NCBI GenBank assembly: GCA_964490105.1
Contig: CAZAZU010000001.1
Location: 710,245 to 774,244 of the forward strand
Direction: 5' to 3'
DNA length: 64,000 nucleotides
DNA from: an uncultured Gammaproteobacteria bacterium
GTDB lineage: Bacteria > Patescibacteriota > Microgenomatia > Levybacterales > UBA12049
Shown here: positions 39,801 through 49,291 of the stretch, piece after piece
Layout of the letters: every line of letters starts with the position of its first letter
Numbering within the stretch: the stretch's first letter is position 1
Made by a program: the position numbers and the translations under genes
The notes under the pieces: generated by a model
Database searches by the model: none
What the model was told of the DNA's origin: nothing
Seen by the model: the letters and a program-made list of their open reading frames with translations, nothing else

Positions 39801-40766
39801 ATGAAAATAGTATTAATTCTTATTTTTGTTTTTGCTTTGTTAATTGGAGGATTTATTTATTTAAACCCGTTTGCAGCGCCCGGAAAAAGTATCAAAACTG
39901 AAATTATTACATTAGATTCTGAGAAAAAAGAGGTAGCAGGCCTAAAGCTTGAAGAGGCGGGTTTTATAAAATCTATGACAGCTTTTGAAATAGCTATGAC
40001 TTTAAAAGGAAAAAACAAGATTCAAAGTGGCGGATATTATCTGTCTAAAAACATGAACACATGGGAAATAATTGACGCACTTTCTGATGGTCCGGATTTA
40101 AAATGGGTCACAGTTCTTCCTGGAATGAGAAAAGAACAAATAGGGGAAAGACTTAAGGAAACTTTTAACTGGAGTGAAGATGAGTTAATAAAGTGGAACA
40201 CGGTATATACCACTCAAAAAGAAGAATATACCGAGGGAGTTTATTTTCCTGATACTTATTTAATTCCTGTTAAAGAAAGTGGTCAGCTAATTGCAGCACG
40301 GATGATAAATAATTTTAACGATAAATTTTCTGATTATTATGATGATTTTGCAGAGAAAAATATTCGATGGACTACAGCAATTAAAATCGCATCTCTAATC
40401 CAAAGAGAAGCTGGTGGACCAAGCGATATGCCATTAATCGCGGGGGTGATGTGGAATAGACTTAATAATAATCAAAAGCTTGATATTGATGCCACCGTTC
40501 AATATGCGAAAGGTAAGACTGATGGAGTCTGGTGGTCCATTGTAACTGGATCTGATATCAGAAATATTGATTCACCTTATAATACGTATAAATATTCTGG
40601 CCTTCCGCCATTTCCAATTTCTAATCCAAGTATTGATGCAATAGATGCTGTACTAAATCCTGAAGATACAGATTGCATATTTTATCTCCATGATAAAAAC
40701 AGGGAAATACACTGTTCCGTAACTTATGAGGAGCACCTTGAATACATCGAAAAATATCTTAAATAA
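39801..40766 (+). CDS. mltG: Endolytic murein transglycosylase MltG/YceG
   Basis: N-terminal TM; SGGYYLSKNMNTWEIIDAL and IASLIQREAG motifs. Confidence 0.8.
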   Translation: MKIVLILIFVFALLIGGFIYLNPFAAPGKSIKTEIITLDSEKKEVAGLKLEEAGFIKSMTAFEIAMTLKGKNKIQSGGYYLSKNMNTWEIIDALSDGPDLKWVTVLPGMRKEQIGERLKETFNWSEDELIKWNTVYTTQKEEYTEGVYFPDTYLIPVKESGQLIAARMINNFNDKFSDYYDDFAEKNIRWTTAIKIASLIQREAGGPSDMPLIAGVMWNRLNNNQKLDIDATVQYAKGKTDGVWWSIVTGSDIRNIDSPYNTYKYSGLPPFPISNPSIDAIDAVLNPEDTDCIFYLHDKNREIHCSVTYEEHLEYIEKYLK

Positions 40767-42377
40767 TTAGTGCCAGAATTTTCGCTGTCCGGTGAATACC
40801 ATTGGAATTCCTGCTTTATTTGCCTCATCTATTGAAGCCTGATCATTTACGCTTCCTCCTTGTTGAACTATTGCAGAAATTCCAGATTTTACAGCAAGCT
40901 TTACACTATCATCAAATGGGAAAAAACTATCGCTCGCTAATATTCCACCTTTAACATTTTTCCCAGCCTGCTCTAGTGCAATTTTTGTAGCTCTCACTCG
41001 GGAGGTTTGACCCGAACCAATTCCTCTTGTCATTGGAAAATTTTTATCAACTACTAAAATTGTGTTTGATCTAATTCTTCCTATGAAACTCCATGCAGTT
41101 TTCATTTGCTTCATTTGCGAAGCAGTTGGCCTTGCTCTTGTAACAACTTTCCAGTCTTTAAAATTCAAATCATCATCCCACTCCTGCATTACAAATCCGC
41201 CATCAAAAAATCTTAAGTGCTTATTATTAGATCTTTTCTTTGGAATTTTTCCAAACACATATACTCCTGTACTTTTTCTGATTTGTTTTATAAACTCTAC
41301 TGCATCATCTTTAACACTTGGCGCTGCAATAATATCAATTAGGACTCCGTTTTCCTCTTTAAAACCTGCAAATGTTTTAGCAGTTTTCAAATCAATTGGC
41401 TCGTTAAGAACTATAACTCCTCCAAATGCAGATTCCGGATCTGCAGCCACTGCTCTTTTTAGTGCCTCTGAAGAAGAATTTGCCAATGCAATTCCCGATG
41501 GACTATTATGTTTAATTACAACTGCTGCTGCCTCCTTAAAAATTCTTACAGATTCTAGACCTGAAGAAATATCGGTAAAATTAGTTGCAGATAAATCTCT
41601 TCCTGTAATCTTTTCAAGTTTTGAAAGAGGACTGTTTGTAGCGGGTGTTATGTAAACTGCTGCTTTTTGATGAGGATTATCACCGTATCTTAGGTCAGTT
41701 ATTTTTCTGCCTGGGATCGCTATTTCGTTAACAAATTTTCCTTTACCAAATTCAAGATAATCTGCTATCTGAGAATCATAAAAAGATAAATGCCTAAATG
41801 CTTTTGCAGAGAGATTTAATCTCGTATTTTCACTAATTTTATTTGCAATTAATAACTCAGTAATATTTTGATAATCTAACGGGTCAGTTATTACTAAAAC
41901 GTTTTTATTATTTTTTGCAGCTGCTCTAATCATGGTAGGGCCTCCTACATCGATATTTTCGATTGCCTCCTTAAGACTTACTTTTGGATCTGAAACAGTT
42001 TTCTCAAATGGATAAAGATTACATACTACAATATCAATAGATTTTATTTTTAATTTTTTTGCTTCTTTTATATGTTTTGAATTTTTTCTATCAAATAATA
42101 TTCCGCTTTCTATTTGAAAACTAATCGTCTTCATTCTTCCATCAAAGCTTTCAGGATTTCCTGTAATATCTTGGATTGGAATAACTTTTATTCCCTCACT
42201 TAATAAAACCTTTGCAGTTCCTCCTGTAGAGATTACTTTATAATTTAATTTTGATAAGGTTTTTGCAAATTCAACTATTCCTGTTTTATCAAAAACACTA
42301 ATCAATGCATATTTTTCTGTAGTTTTCTTACCTGAAGATTTAGCAGATTTTGAAGACTTCTTATTTTTTACTGCCAT
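40767..42377 (-). CDS. purH: Bifunctional AICAR transformylase/IMP cyclohydrolase
   Basis: MGS-like N-terminal domain (ALISVFDKTGIVEFAK...STGGTAK) and AICARFT C-terminal domain. ATG chosen at MAVKNKK; the ORF-track start is an upstream TTG. Confidence 0.9.
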   Translation of the reverse strand: MAVKNKKSSKSAKSSGKKTTEKYALISVFDKTGIVEFAKTLSKLNYKVISTGGTAKVLLSEGIKVIPIQDITGNPESFDGRMKTISFQIESGILFDRKNSKHIKEAKKLKIKSIDIVVCNLYPFEKTVSDPKVSLKEAIENIDVGGPTMIRAAAKNNKNVLVITDPLDYQNITELLIANKISENTRLNLSAKAFRHLSFYDSQIADYLEFGKGKFVNEIAIPGRKITDLRYGDNPHQKAAVYITPATNSPLSKLEKITGRDLSATNFTDISSGLESVRIFKEAAAVVIKHNSPSGIALANSSSEALKRAVAADPESAFGGVIVLNEPIDLKTAKTFAGFKEENGVLIDIIAAPSVKDDAVEFIKQIRKSTGVYVFGKIPKKRSNNKHLRFFDGGFVMQEWDDDLNFKDWKVVTRARPTASQMKQMKTAWSFIGRIRSNTILVVDKNFPMTRGIGSGQTSRVRATKIALEQAGKNVKGGILASDSFFPFDDSVKLAVKSGISAIVQQGGSVNDQASIDEANKAGIPMVFTGQRKFWH

Positions 42378-42464
42378 AAATATATATTTCTTATATATGA
42401 AAATAGATTGCCAAGTCAAGTAGAAAAAGGTTTGAAGTAATTTTAATTTGATATAATTAAGCGC

Positions 42465-43043
42465 ATGGCAATAAAAAAAGTAATAAAAGCAGGGGACTCT
42501 CGTTTAAAATCTAAAAATAAAATAGTGAAAAATGTTACATCATTAGAAATTAAAAAACTAATAAGAGATTTAACATCAACCATGTATAAAGTTGACTTAA
42601 TTGGAATTGCCGCTCCACAAATTGGAGAAAATTATATGGTTTTTATAACCCATCCAAGATCTACAAGAGCTAGAAAACTTGGAAAGACTGATAAATTAAG
42701 GGTGTACATAAATCCTAAAATTACATTTAAATCTCGGGATGAAAGCCTTATATATGAAGGCTGTGGAAGCGTTTCAGACTTCGGACCGGTTTTAAGACCA
42801 AGAGAGATTGAAATTTCTGCTACCGATGAAAATGGGAATAGATTTAAGATGCGAGCTGACGGAATATTAGCCCGTGTAATCCAACATGAAATGGATCATC
42901 TAGAAGGAATTGAATTTATACAAAAAGTCAGTGATTATTCAAAAATAATTGTCCAAGAGCATTATAGAAAGCAGATACGAAATTCTCCATTACAACGAAA
43001 AAATTCTCTAATAACGAAAATTGAATATCAGGAATTCAATTAG
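42465..43043 (+). CDS. def: Peptide deformylase
   Basis: GIAAPQIGE, EGCGSV and QHEMDHLEG motifs. Confidence 0.9.
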   Translation: MAIKKVIKAGDSRLKSKNKIVKNVTSLEIKKLIRDLTSTMYKVDLIGIAAPQIGENYMVFITHPRSTRARKLGKTDKLRVYINPKITFKSRDESLIYEGCGSVSDFGPVLRPREIEISATDENGNRFKMRADGILARVIQHEMDHLEGIEFIQKVSDYSKIIVQEHYRKQIRNSPLQRKNSLITKIEYQEFN

Positions 43044-43998
43044 ATTTAGAATCAAAATATTCGTAAATTTCTTCTGAATATTTTGCAATATTCTCCGCAG
43101 CTTTCTTATAATCTTTAGTTTCCGACAACACTACTATTATATAGTCTACATTACGAGAATAAACTATCCCAGCATCATGCTTTGAACCAAATAATTCACC
43201 CGTCTTGTGAGCTACCTGAACTTCATCTTCTAAATACTTAGGGATTCTATCGTTTAATGTTTGCTTTTTCAATAAATCAATCATTTTTTCAGAATATTCA
43301 TTGTCAATTATTTTTCCTTTGTATAACATTTCAAAAAACAAACTCATATCATGCGCCGTCGTCTGGGGAGGTTGTTTATAATTGGAACTTGTAAATCCAG
43401 AGTCCTTTATAAAATTTGCAATTTTTTTACTACCAACTTTTGATGAAAGAAGAATTGCTGCATAATTATCAGAAATCGTAATCATTTTTTCTAAAGCCTC
43501 TCCAACCGTCATGCTTATTTTTTCCGGCTCTCCAGTTACAGTAGGTGCGCTAAATCCTTCAGGCGTCGGAGTTGGAGTAACAGTTGAAAGTGCATCGTTT
43601 AATTTACCCACCTCTGCGCTTAGTAAATCGTCTTCTTTCAGTTTTCCGTCTTTGATTTCCTGATAAACGACAGCCATGACCCAAAGCTTATAAAGACTTG
43701 CGCTATCATATTTTTTGTTTTCATTTAATAAGTATTCCTCACCAGTCTGTAAATTTTTAACAACAACTGAGTAACTCCCTTCCCCTGATGGAATATGCGC
43801 ACTAGTTATCTCATTAAGCCTACTATCTATTTTTATTTCTGCTGGAACTACAGAAGGGCGAATCGAATCCTTAGCAGCAAGTACTTTTTTGCCTTGGATT
43901 TCTTTATTCTGTGAAGATGCCAACATATAAATTGACACAGGAATAAGAACCAATAGTAAGCCTAGGTAAAGTAATTCGTAATGCACTCTATTTTTCAC
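43036..43998 (-). CDS. Class-A beta-lactamase-fold serine hydrolase (PBP-like), secreted
   Basis: SASLYK (SxxK), SDN and KTG motifs; N-terminal TM or signal sequence. Confidence 0.65.
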   Translation of the reverse strand: MKNRVHYELLYLGLLLVLIPVSIYMLASSQNKEIQGKKVLAAKDSIRPSVVPAEIKIDSRLNEITSAHIPSGEGSYSVVVKNLQTGEEYLLNENKKYDSASLYKLWVMAVVYQEIKDGKLKEDDLLSAEVGKLNDALSTVTPTPTPEGFSAPTVTGEPEKISMTVGEALEKMITISDNYAAILLSSKVGSKKIANFIKDSGFTSSNYKQPPQTTAHDMSLFFEMLYKGKIIDNEYSEKMIDLLKKQTLNDRIPKYLEDEVQVAHKTGELFGSKHDAGIVYSRNVDYIIVVLSETKDYKKAAENIAKYSEEIYEYFDSKSN

Positions 43999-44064
43999 TC
44001 TACAAATTTAAACACACTTAGATAATCTAAACAAGTAGAGATAAGTTGCTCTTTTTATCTGTTA

Positions 44065-44508
44065 TTAATCACCATCTGGGGAAAATCGGATGGCTAAAAG
44101 TCTTACGAAAATAAGTGTCAAAATAATAATCACAAGTATTACTATGCTCGCTAGAGTCGGACCTTTAAACCACAAGGATATAACCTCATTTAGCATTACT
44201 ATTAAAACTGTGTCTACAATAAATGTTACCTTGACCCTTCCTTCGCTTAAATAACTCATTACAGTTCTTATTACCTCTACCACAGCAAGGAGTGTTATTA
44301 CATTTAAAATTAATTCTCTCATTGCTTCCTCCACATTGTGATCAAATAATAACTGCAGGCCGGCTAAAGTTTTTACAATTCCCCCTAAAAAACCGAGAAG
44401 CGCTACTACAACAAGAAGCCTTAAGGAAAATGTAATCAGAACAGGAAGAAGAGCTTTTGAAAAAAGAAAGTTGTTTATTCTCTTAATTGATTTTCTTTTT
44501 TTCGCCAT
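44065..44508 (-). CDS. Four-TM membrane protein, PsiE-like
   Basis: Topology and size resemble the phosphate-starvation-inducible PsiE family; weak. Confidence 0.4.
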   Translation of the reverse strand: MAKKRKSIKRINNFLFSKALLPVLITFSLRLLVVVALLGFLGGIVKTLAGLQLLFDHNVEEAMRELILNVITLLAVVEVIRTVMSYLSEGRVKVTFIVDTVLIVMLNEVISLWFKGPTLASIVILVIIILTLIFVRLLAIRFSPDGD

Positions 44509-44555
44509 CTGTTAGCAGGCAATTGAATAATAGCATATTTTGATACAATTTAAAT

Positions 44556-45065
44556 ATGTTTAAAAAAATAGGAATTTTATTAATCGTTTTATTTTTTGCA
44601 GGGATTATTTCCCTCACACTTTCATCCAGATCAAATAAAAAACCTGATGAAACATTAATTAACAAATCAGGCGCTAGAACTCAAACAGAGAAAAGGGCCT
44701 CCTTTGCAATTTATACAAATGGCACACTTAGGATTTTTACGGATTCTAAATATCATAATCAGTCAGATGAAGTTTTTATAAATCCGGATTTACCAAATCA
44801 AGTTACTGTTCTTAAAAGTGGCACCACTTGGAGAGATTTTTTCACAACACTCCCTATGAAACTTGAAGAAGATTGTCTTACAACAGGAACGGGGCAAACT
44901 TTTTGCAATAACGAAAAGTACTCACTTCAGTTCTACATTAACGGAGTAAAAAATCAAAAAGCGCTAGATGAAGAAATAAAAGACAATGATAAATTATTGA
45001 TTACTTACGAGTCAGAAGACTCATTGGAGATTCAAAAACAGATTAATTCAATTTCTGATTTATAA
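44556..45065 (+). CDS. Hypothetical secreted/anchored protein
   Basis: N-terminal TM or signal sequence; no domain recognised. Confidence 0.4.
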   Translation: MFKKIGILLIVLFFAGIISLTLSSRSNKKPDETLINKSGARTQTEKRASFAIYTNGTLRIFTDSKYHNQSDEVFINPDLPNQVTVLKSGTTWRDFFTTLPMKLEEDCLTTGTGQTFCNNEKYSLQFYINGVKNQKALDEEIKDNDKLLITYESEDSLEIQKQINSISDL

Positions 45066-45066
45066 T

Positions 45067-45150
45067 CTATCTTCCAGTTCCGCGTCTTATACCTCTTTTT
45101 CTTTTAGCAAAGGGTCCTTTACCAAGAGTTTTTCTTTTAGATTTTGCCAT
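45067..45150 (-). CDS. Unlisted 27-aa highly basic peptide (MAKSKRKTLGKGPFAKRKRGIRRGTGR)
   Basis: Consensus SD GGAGGAAATT immediately upstream of the ATG; directly downstream of msrA. Ribosomal-protein-like composition (bTHX-like?). Confidence 0.4.
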   Translation of the reverse strand: MAKSKRKTLGKGPFAKRKRGIRRGTGR

Positions 45151-45176
45151 AATTTCCTCCTAGCTATATTTTACCA

Positions 45177-45722
45177 TTAATTTTCTTGATATTCATCTTT
45201 AATATCTTTTCCATATTTTTCAATTAATTTGTGGACTTTCGGACCAATTACATAACTACAATACATAGCGTCCTTATTTCTTTCATAATAATTTTTATGA
45301 TAGTCGTCCGCTTCATAAAAGTTTTTAAAGGAAACAACCTCTGTAACTATTGGACGATCAAACACTTTCTCTTCAGTTAACTCTTGAATAAACTCTTCTG
45401 AAACAGACTTCTGCTCTTCAGAATGATAAAAAATAGCTGATCTATACTGTGGACCCATGTCATTTCCCTGCTGGTTTGGAGTCGTTGGGTCATGAGTATA
45501 GAAAAAAACTTCAAGTAACTTTCTAAAGGGAATTAAGTTGGGATCGAATTCAATCTGAACTGCTTCAGCATGTCCCGTACCACCTTCAGATACTTCTTCA
45601 TATGACGGATTTTGTAAATCTCCTCCTGAGTAACCAGGAATTACCGATATAACCCCTTTAAGTCTTTGAAATATTGCTTCTGTGCACCAAAAACATCCTC
45701 CTCCGAACGTAGCTTTTTGCAT
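45177..45722 (-). CDS. msrA: Peptide methionine sulfoxide reductase MsrA
   Basis: ATFGGGCFWCTEA active-site motif. Confidence 0.9.
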   Translation of the reverse strand: MQKATFGGGCFWCTEAIFQRLKGVISVIPGYSGGDLQNPSYEEVSEGGTGHAEAVQIEFDPNLIPFRKLLEVFFYTHDPTTPNQQGNDMGPQYRSAIFYHSEEQKSVSEEFIQELTEEKVFDRPIVTEVVSFKNFYEADDYHKNYYERNKDAMYCSYVIGPKVHKLIEKYGKDIKDEYQEN

Positions 45723-45763
45723 AAAATCATTATAACACCCTTTTTTATGTTATAATTTAGCCT

Positions 45764-46369
45764 GTGAATCACACATTTAGTCCTGATTTCTTTTTTGACG
45801 TTTCCAGCTTCGAGCACAAAGATTTATTTCAAGTAGAAAACGTCTGGGAAGTTCTTTCAAAAATTTCAAGTTTTATAAAAAATAAATCCTCCCAAAGCAT
45901 CACGTTAGGAGAGGGGACTGTTGTTGAAGAAGGCGCGCTTATTAAAGGCCCGGCAGTAATTGGGAAAAATTGCTATATAGCTCATGGAGCATACATAAGG
46001 GAAAATGTAATCCTAGGTGATAATGTGCACATTGGGCACAGCGTAGAATTAAAAAATTCAATTGTTCTAAACGATACGCATATAGCTCACTTTAACTACG
46101 TAGGGGACAGCATAATCGGCAGAGATGTAAATTTCTCAGCTGGCGCAATCACCGCAAATTTTAGACTCGATGGGGCAACCATAAAAATAAAAAACGAAGA
46201 TGAAGAAATCGAAACAGGACTCAACAAGCTTGGTGCTATTATAGGTGACAAATCAAGAATTGGTGTGAACTCTGTCTTAAATCCAGGAACTATACTTTCA
46301 AAAAATTCCAAAGTCTTTCCTTTAACCAATGTATTCGGAGTTCATTTAAAAGAAGAAACTATTAAATGA
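45764..46369 (+). CDS. Left-handed beta-helix (hexapeptide-repeat) acyltransferase, GlmU C-terminal-like
   Basis: Tandem [LIV]GxxxxI hexapeptide repeats throughout the C-terminal 150 aa. Confidence 0.6.
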   Translation: MNHTFSPDFFFDVSSFEHKDLFQVENVWEVLSKISSFIKNKSSQSITLGEGTVVEEGALIKGPAVIGKNCYIAHGAYIRENVILGDNVHIGHSVELKNSIVLNDTHIAHFNYVGDSIIGRDVNFSAGAITANFRLDGATIKIKNEDEEIETGLNKLGAIIGDKSRIGVNSVLNPGTILSKNSKVFPLTNVFGVHLKEETIK

Positions 46370-46989
46370 AAGGTAAAATTCTCCTCTTTGATATTGACGA
46401 AACCATATTTGATCCTCAGTCTTTTCTTAATGATTTTTATAGTAATTTAATTTCTATCTTAAAACTTAGTGAATCTGATATTAAAAGGGTCGAAAATATT
46501 TATACAGATATAAAAAATGAATATGGATATTTCTCTCCAGCTCCATTTTTAGACAAAATAATTGAAACTTTTCCGAATATAGATAAAGTCTCTCTAGAAA
46601 AAATCTTCTGGAATATTGATTTATTTACAAAAAACGTGTATAAAGACGCTTCAGTCATTAAGGACTTAGGCCGAATTGGAAATATCGGGATTTTTTCAAA
46701 AGGAGAAGAGAGTTTTCAAAAACAAAAAATTTCATTTCTCTCAGATCTAATCGAAACAGACGATATTCATATTTTCAAAAATAAAATCGATAGAATTAAT
46801 GATGTATTAGATAATTATCAAGATTTAAATATTTATATTATTGATAATGAACCTGATGTTCTGGAATCAGTAAGAAAAATAAATTCAGAAGCATATTTAA
46901 TTTTAATTGATAGAAAAAATAAATATGAGAATTCGGATATAATTAAAATTAAAGATTTAACCGAATTAAAAAGTTTAATATATGACTAA
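46366..46989 (+). CDS. HAD-superfamily hydrolase
   Basis: LLFDIDETIFD (DxDxT motif I). Confidence 0.55.
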   Translation: MKGKILLFDIDETIFDPQSFLNDFYSNLISILKLSESDIKRVENIYTDIKNEYGYFSPAPFLDKIIETFPNIDKVSLEKIFWNIDLFTKNVYKDASVIKDLGRIGNIGIFSKGEESFQKQKISFLSDLIETDDIHIFKNKIDRINDVLDNYQDLNIYIIDNEPDVLESVRKINSEAYLILIDRKNKYENSDIIKIKDLTELKSLIYD

Positions 46990-47980
46990 AATACCAAAAG
47001 TTGTAACAATAGGCGGAGGAACGGGAAGCTACGTAGCACTTGAAGGACTTAAGAGGTATAACTTCAAGCTAACAGCTATTGTTACCATGATGGATAGTGG
47101 TGGATCTAGCGGAAAACTTCGAGATGAACTAGGTGTTCTTCCTCCTGGGGACATTAGACAATGCTTGGTCGCTCTCTCTGAATCCTCTAAATTAATGCGC
47201 GATATGTTTAATTATAGGTTTGAAGAAGGAGGACTAAAGGGACATAGTTTTGGAAATATTTTTCTTTCTACTTTAGAAAAGAATACAGGGAGCATGAAAA
47301 AGGCAATTTCTGAAGTTGGAAAAATACTAAGAATTAAAGGAAATGTGGTGCCAATAACTTTCACAAAAAACACAAATCTCTGCGTAGACCTTGAAGACGG
47401 AACCACTATTGTTGGGGAAACTCATATCGATGTATTAGAAAAGATGAAAAAAAGAGCCGGAATAGTAAAAGCTTATTTAAAACCAGAAGCCGAATTAAAC
47501 TTAGACGCGAAAAAAGCAATTGAAAAAGCTGATTTCATTTTAATAGGTCCTGGAGATCTCTATACAAGTATAATTCCGAATTTATTAGTAAGTGGAGTAT
47601 CCGAAGTATTAAAAAATTCAAAAGCTAAAAAAATTTTCGTAATGAATCTTATGACCAAATATGGCCAGACAACCAACTACACAGCGACTGACCACGTTAG
47701 AAATCTTGAAAAATATTTAGGAACTGGGGTAATAGATTTTATTCTAATGAATTCTAAAACGCCAAGAGAGGCTACCTTAGAATGGTATGAAGAGTTTGGG
47801 GAAAATCCTGTAAAAGACGATATCGAGGATACCAAATATACAGTAATTAGAAAAAATTTAATTAAAGATGTAATCATCCCTGCTGATAAAAATGACGTAC
47901 TAAGACGTGGAATAATAAGACATGATCCTGAAAAATTGTCAAAAGAAATTATAGAAATTATCCATGGACAAAAAAACTGA
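46982..47980 (+). CDS. yvcK: YvcK/CofD-family (UPF0052) gluconeogenesis-factor-like protein
   Basis: VVTIGGGTGS, MMDSGGSSGKLR and PGDIRQCL motifs. Confidence 0.8.
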   Translation: MTKIPKVVTIGGGTGSYVALEGLKRYNFKLTAIVTMMDSGGSSGKLRDELGVLPPGDIRQCLVALSESSKLMRDMFNYRFEEGGLKGHSFGNIFLSTLEKNTGSMKKAISEVGKILRIKGNVVPITFTKNTNLCVDLEDGTTIVGETHIDVLEKMKKRAGIVKAYLKPEAELNLDAKKAIEKADFILIGPGDLYTSIIPNLLVSGVSEVLKNSKAKKIFVMNLMTKYGQTTNYTATDHVRNLEKYLGTGVIDFILMNSKTPREATLEWYEEFGENPVKDDIEDTKYTVIRKNLIKDVIIPADKNDVLRRGIIRHDPEKLSKEIIEIIHGQKN

Positions 47981-48067
47981 ATTAAGTTGGGTTAAGAATC
48001 TTTCTCTTGGTTTCACTATTGTCTCAATTGGAATCTCAATAGCGGTAATTTTATTTTTACTTTTTAA

Positions 48068-48568
48068 TTAGACTTTAAAATATTTCCCAACCAGAAGCCC
48101 CATTAATGTTGCAGCGCCGCCAAGAATCAAAATCTCAATTGCACTTTTTAAAGGATTTACTTTTACGATATGTGCTTTAAATAACCCGAGTACAAAAAGA
48201 CCTACCATTGCGGCTGCTATACTAATTGAAGCAGATAGGGGTAACTTTAATAAAACAATGGGCGCTAGAGAAACTAGTCCCCCTAGAAAATATGAAAGAG
48301 CCATTAATCCTCCCCCAACCACCAGGCTATCTGTATGCTTTCCGGTTTTATCCATCTGATGTACTGACTTCTCGCTCATGTATTGACCAGCTCCCATAGA
48401 AAGTGACTCAACAGTTATAGTTACTAACCCTGCCAAAATAACAAGCTCTTTATTCTGGGTTCCTGCAGCAACCCCCGCTATCACTCCAGTAGTAGAAACC
48501 AGAGAATCCTGGAAGCCAAAAATAATACTTCTCAAATAATCCTCGTGGATATCAGAAAGCTTTATCAT
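48068..48568 (-). CDS. VIT1/CCC1-family Fe/Mn transporter
   Basis: FGFQDSLVSTTGVIAGVAAG motif and TM-rich C-terminal half. Confidence 0.75.
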   Translation of the reverse strand: MIKLSDIHEDYLRSIIFGFQDSLVSTTGVIAGVAAGTQNKELVILAGLVTITVESLSMGAGQYMSEKSVHQMDKTGKHTDSLVVGGGLMALSYFLGGLVSLAPIVLLKLPLSASISIAAAMVGLFVLGLFKAHIVKVNPLKSAIEILILGGAATLMGLLVGKYFKV

Positions 48569-48620
48569 AATTATATTCTATCAAATTGACAATAATTCCA
48601 TATTACATCATAATTTCACT

Positions 48621-48806
48621 ATGGCAAAACCAAGAAAAACATACGGCAAAAGACCAGTATGGCAATGGCTCGTTTTTTATTTAGCTGTAGGTTTTATAAT
48701 TTATGGACTATTGTATTTTTCAGGAGTTATTAATTTTGGAAAAAATGATTCGAAGTATGACAAGGATTATTCAACTAATGCTTCCGAATATAACTATCTA
48801 GAATAA
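48621..48806 (+). CDS. Small single-TM protein, hypothetical
   Basis: 61-aa ORF, TM at residues 14-34, upstream of the dsbB-like gene. Confidence 0.3.
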   Translation: MAKPRKTYGKRPVWQWLVFYLAVGFIIYGLLYFSGVINFGKNDSKYDKDYSTNASEYNYLE

Positions 48807-48858
48807 CCCTAGAAACTCTTTCCATAAATTAAAAAAGGAAGTATAATCATCTATACAA

Positions 48859-49281
48859 ATGTCTTTTTTGAAAAAAAACTTTTTGCAATTTTCTTTAGTG
48901 ATTTCCCTAACATCAACTCTGGGTAGCTTATACTTTAGTGAGATTCTAAAGCTCCCTCCTTGTCTTCTGTGCTGGTATCAAAGAATCTTCATGTATCCGC
49001 TTGTTGTAATATTTGCTGTCGGAATTTGGAAAAAGGATAAAAATATTCCCTACTTTGCCCTCCCGCTTAGCATCATCGGAACTATTGTTGCCTCATATCA
49101 CAATCTTCTTTACTATAAAATAGTTCCTGAAAGCTTGGCCCCATGCACTCTTGGCATATCCTGCACAACAAAACAAATCGAATGGTTTGGTTTTATCACG
49201 ATTCCATTCCTTTCTCTTTTAGCTTTTGTTTCAATAACAATTCTCGTGCTTCTTCACAAAAAATATTCTACTGCCAAATAA
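48859..49281 (+). CDS. Disulfide bond formation protein B (DsbB/BdbC family)
   Basis: Four TM segments with periplasmic Cys pairs (PPCLLCWYQR and PCTLGISC). Confidence 0.65.
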   Translation: MSFLKKNFLQFSLVISLTSTLGSLYFSEILKLPPCLLCWYQRIFMYPLVVIFAVGIWKKDKNIPYFALPLSIIGTIVASYHNLLYYKIVPESLAPCTLGISCTTKQIEWFGFITIPFLSLLAFVSITILVLLHKKYSTAK

Positions 49282-49291
49282 TACATTTTAA

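Noticed and set aside
41062-41655. 197-aa plus-strand ORF
   Set aside because: Antisense to purH, which is full-length and well supported.
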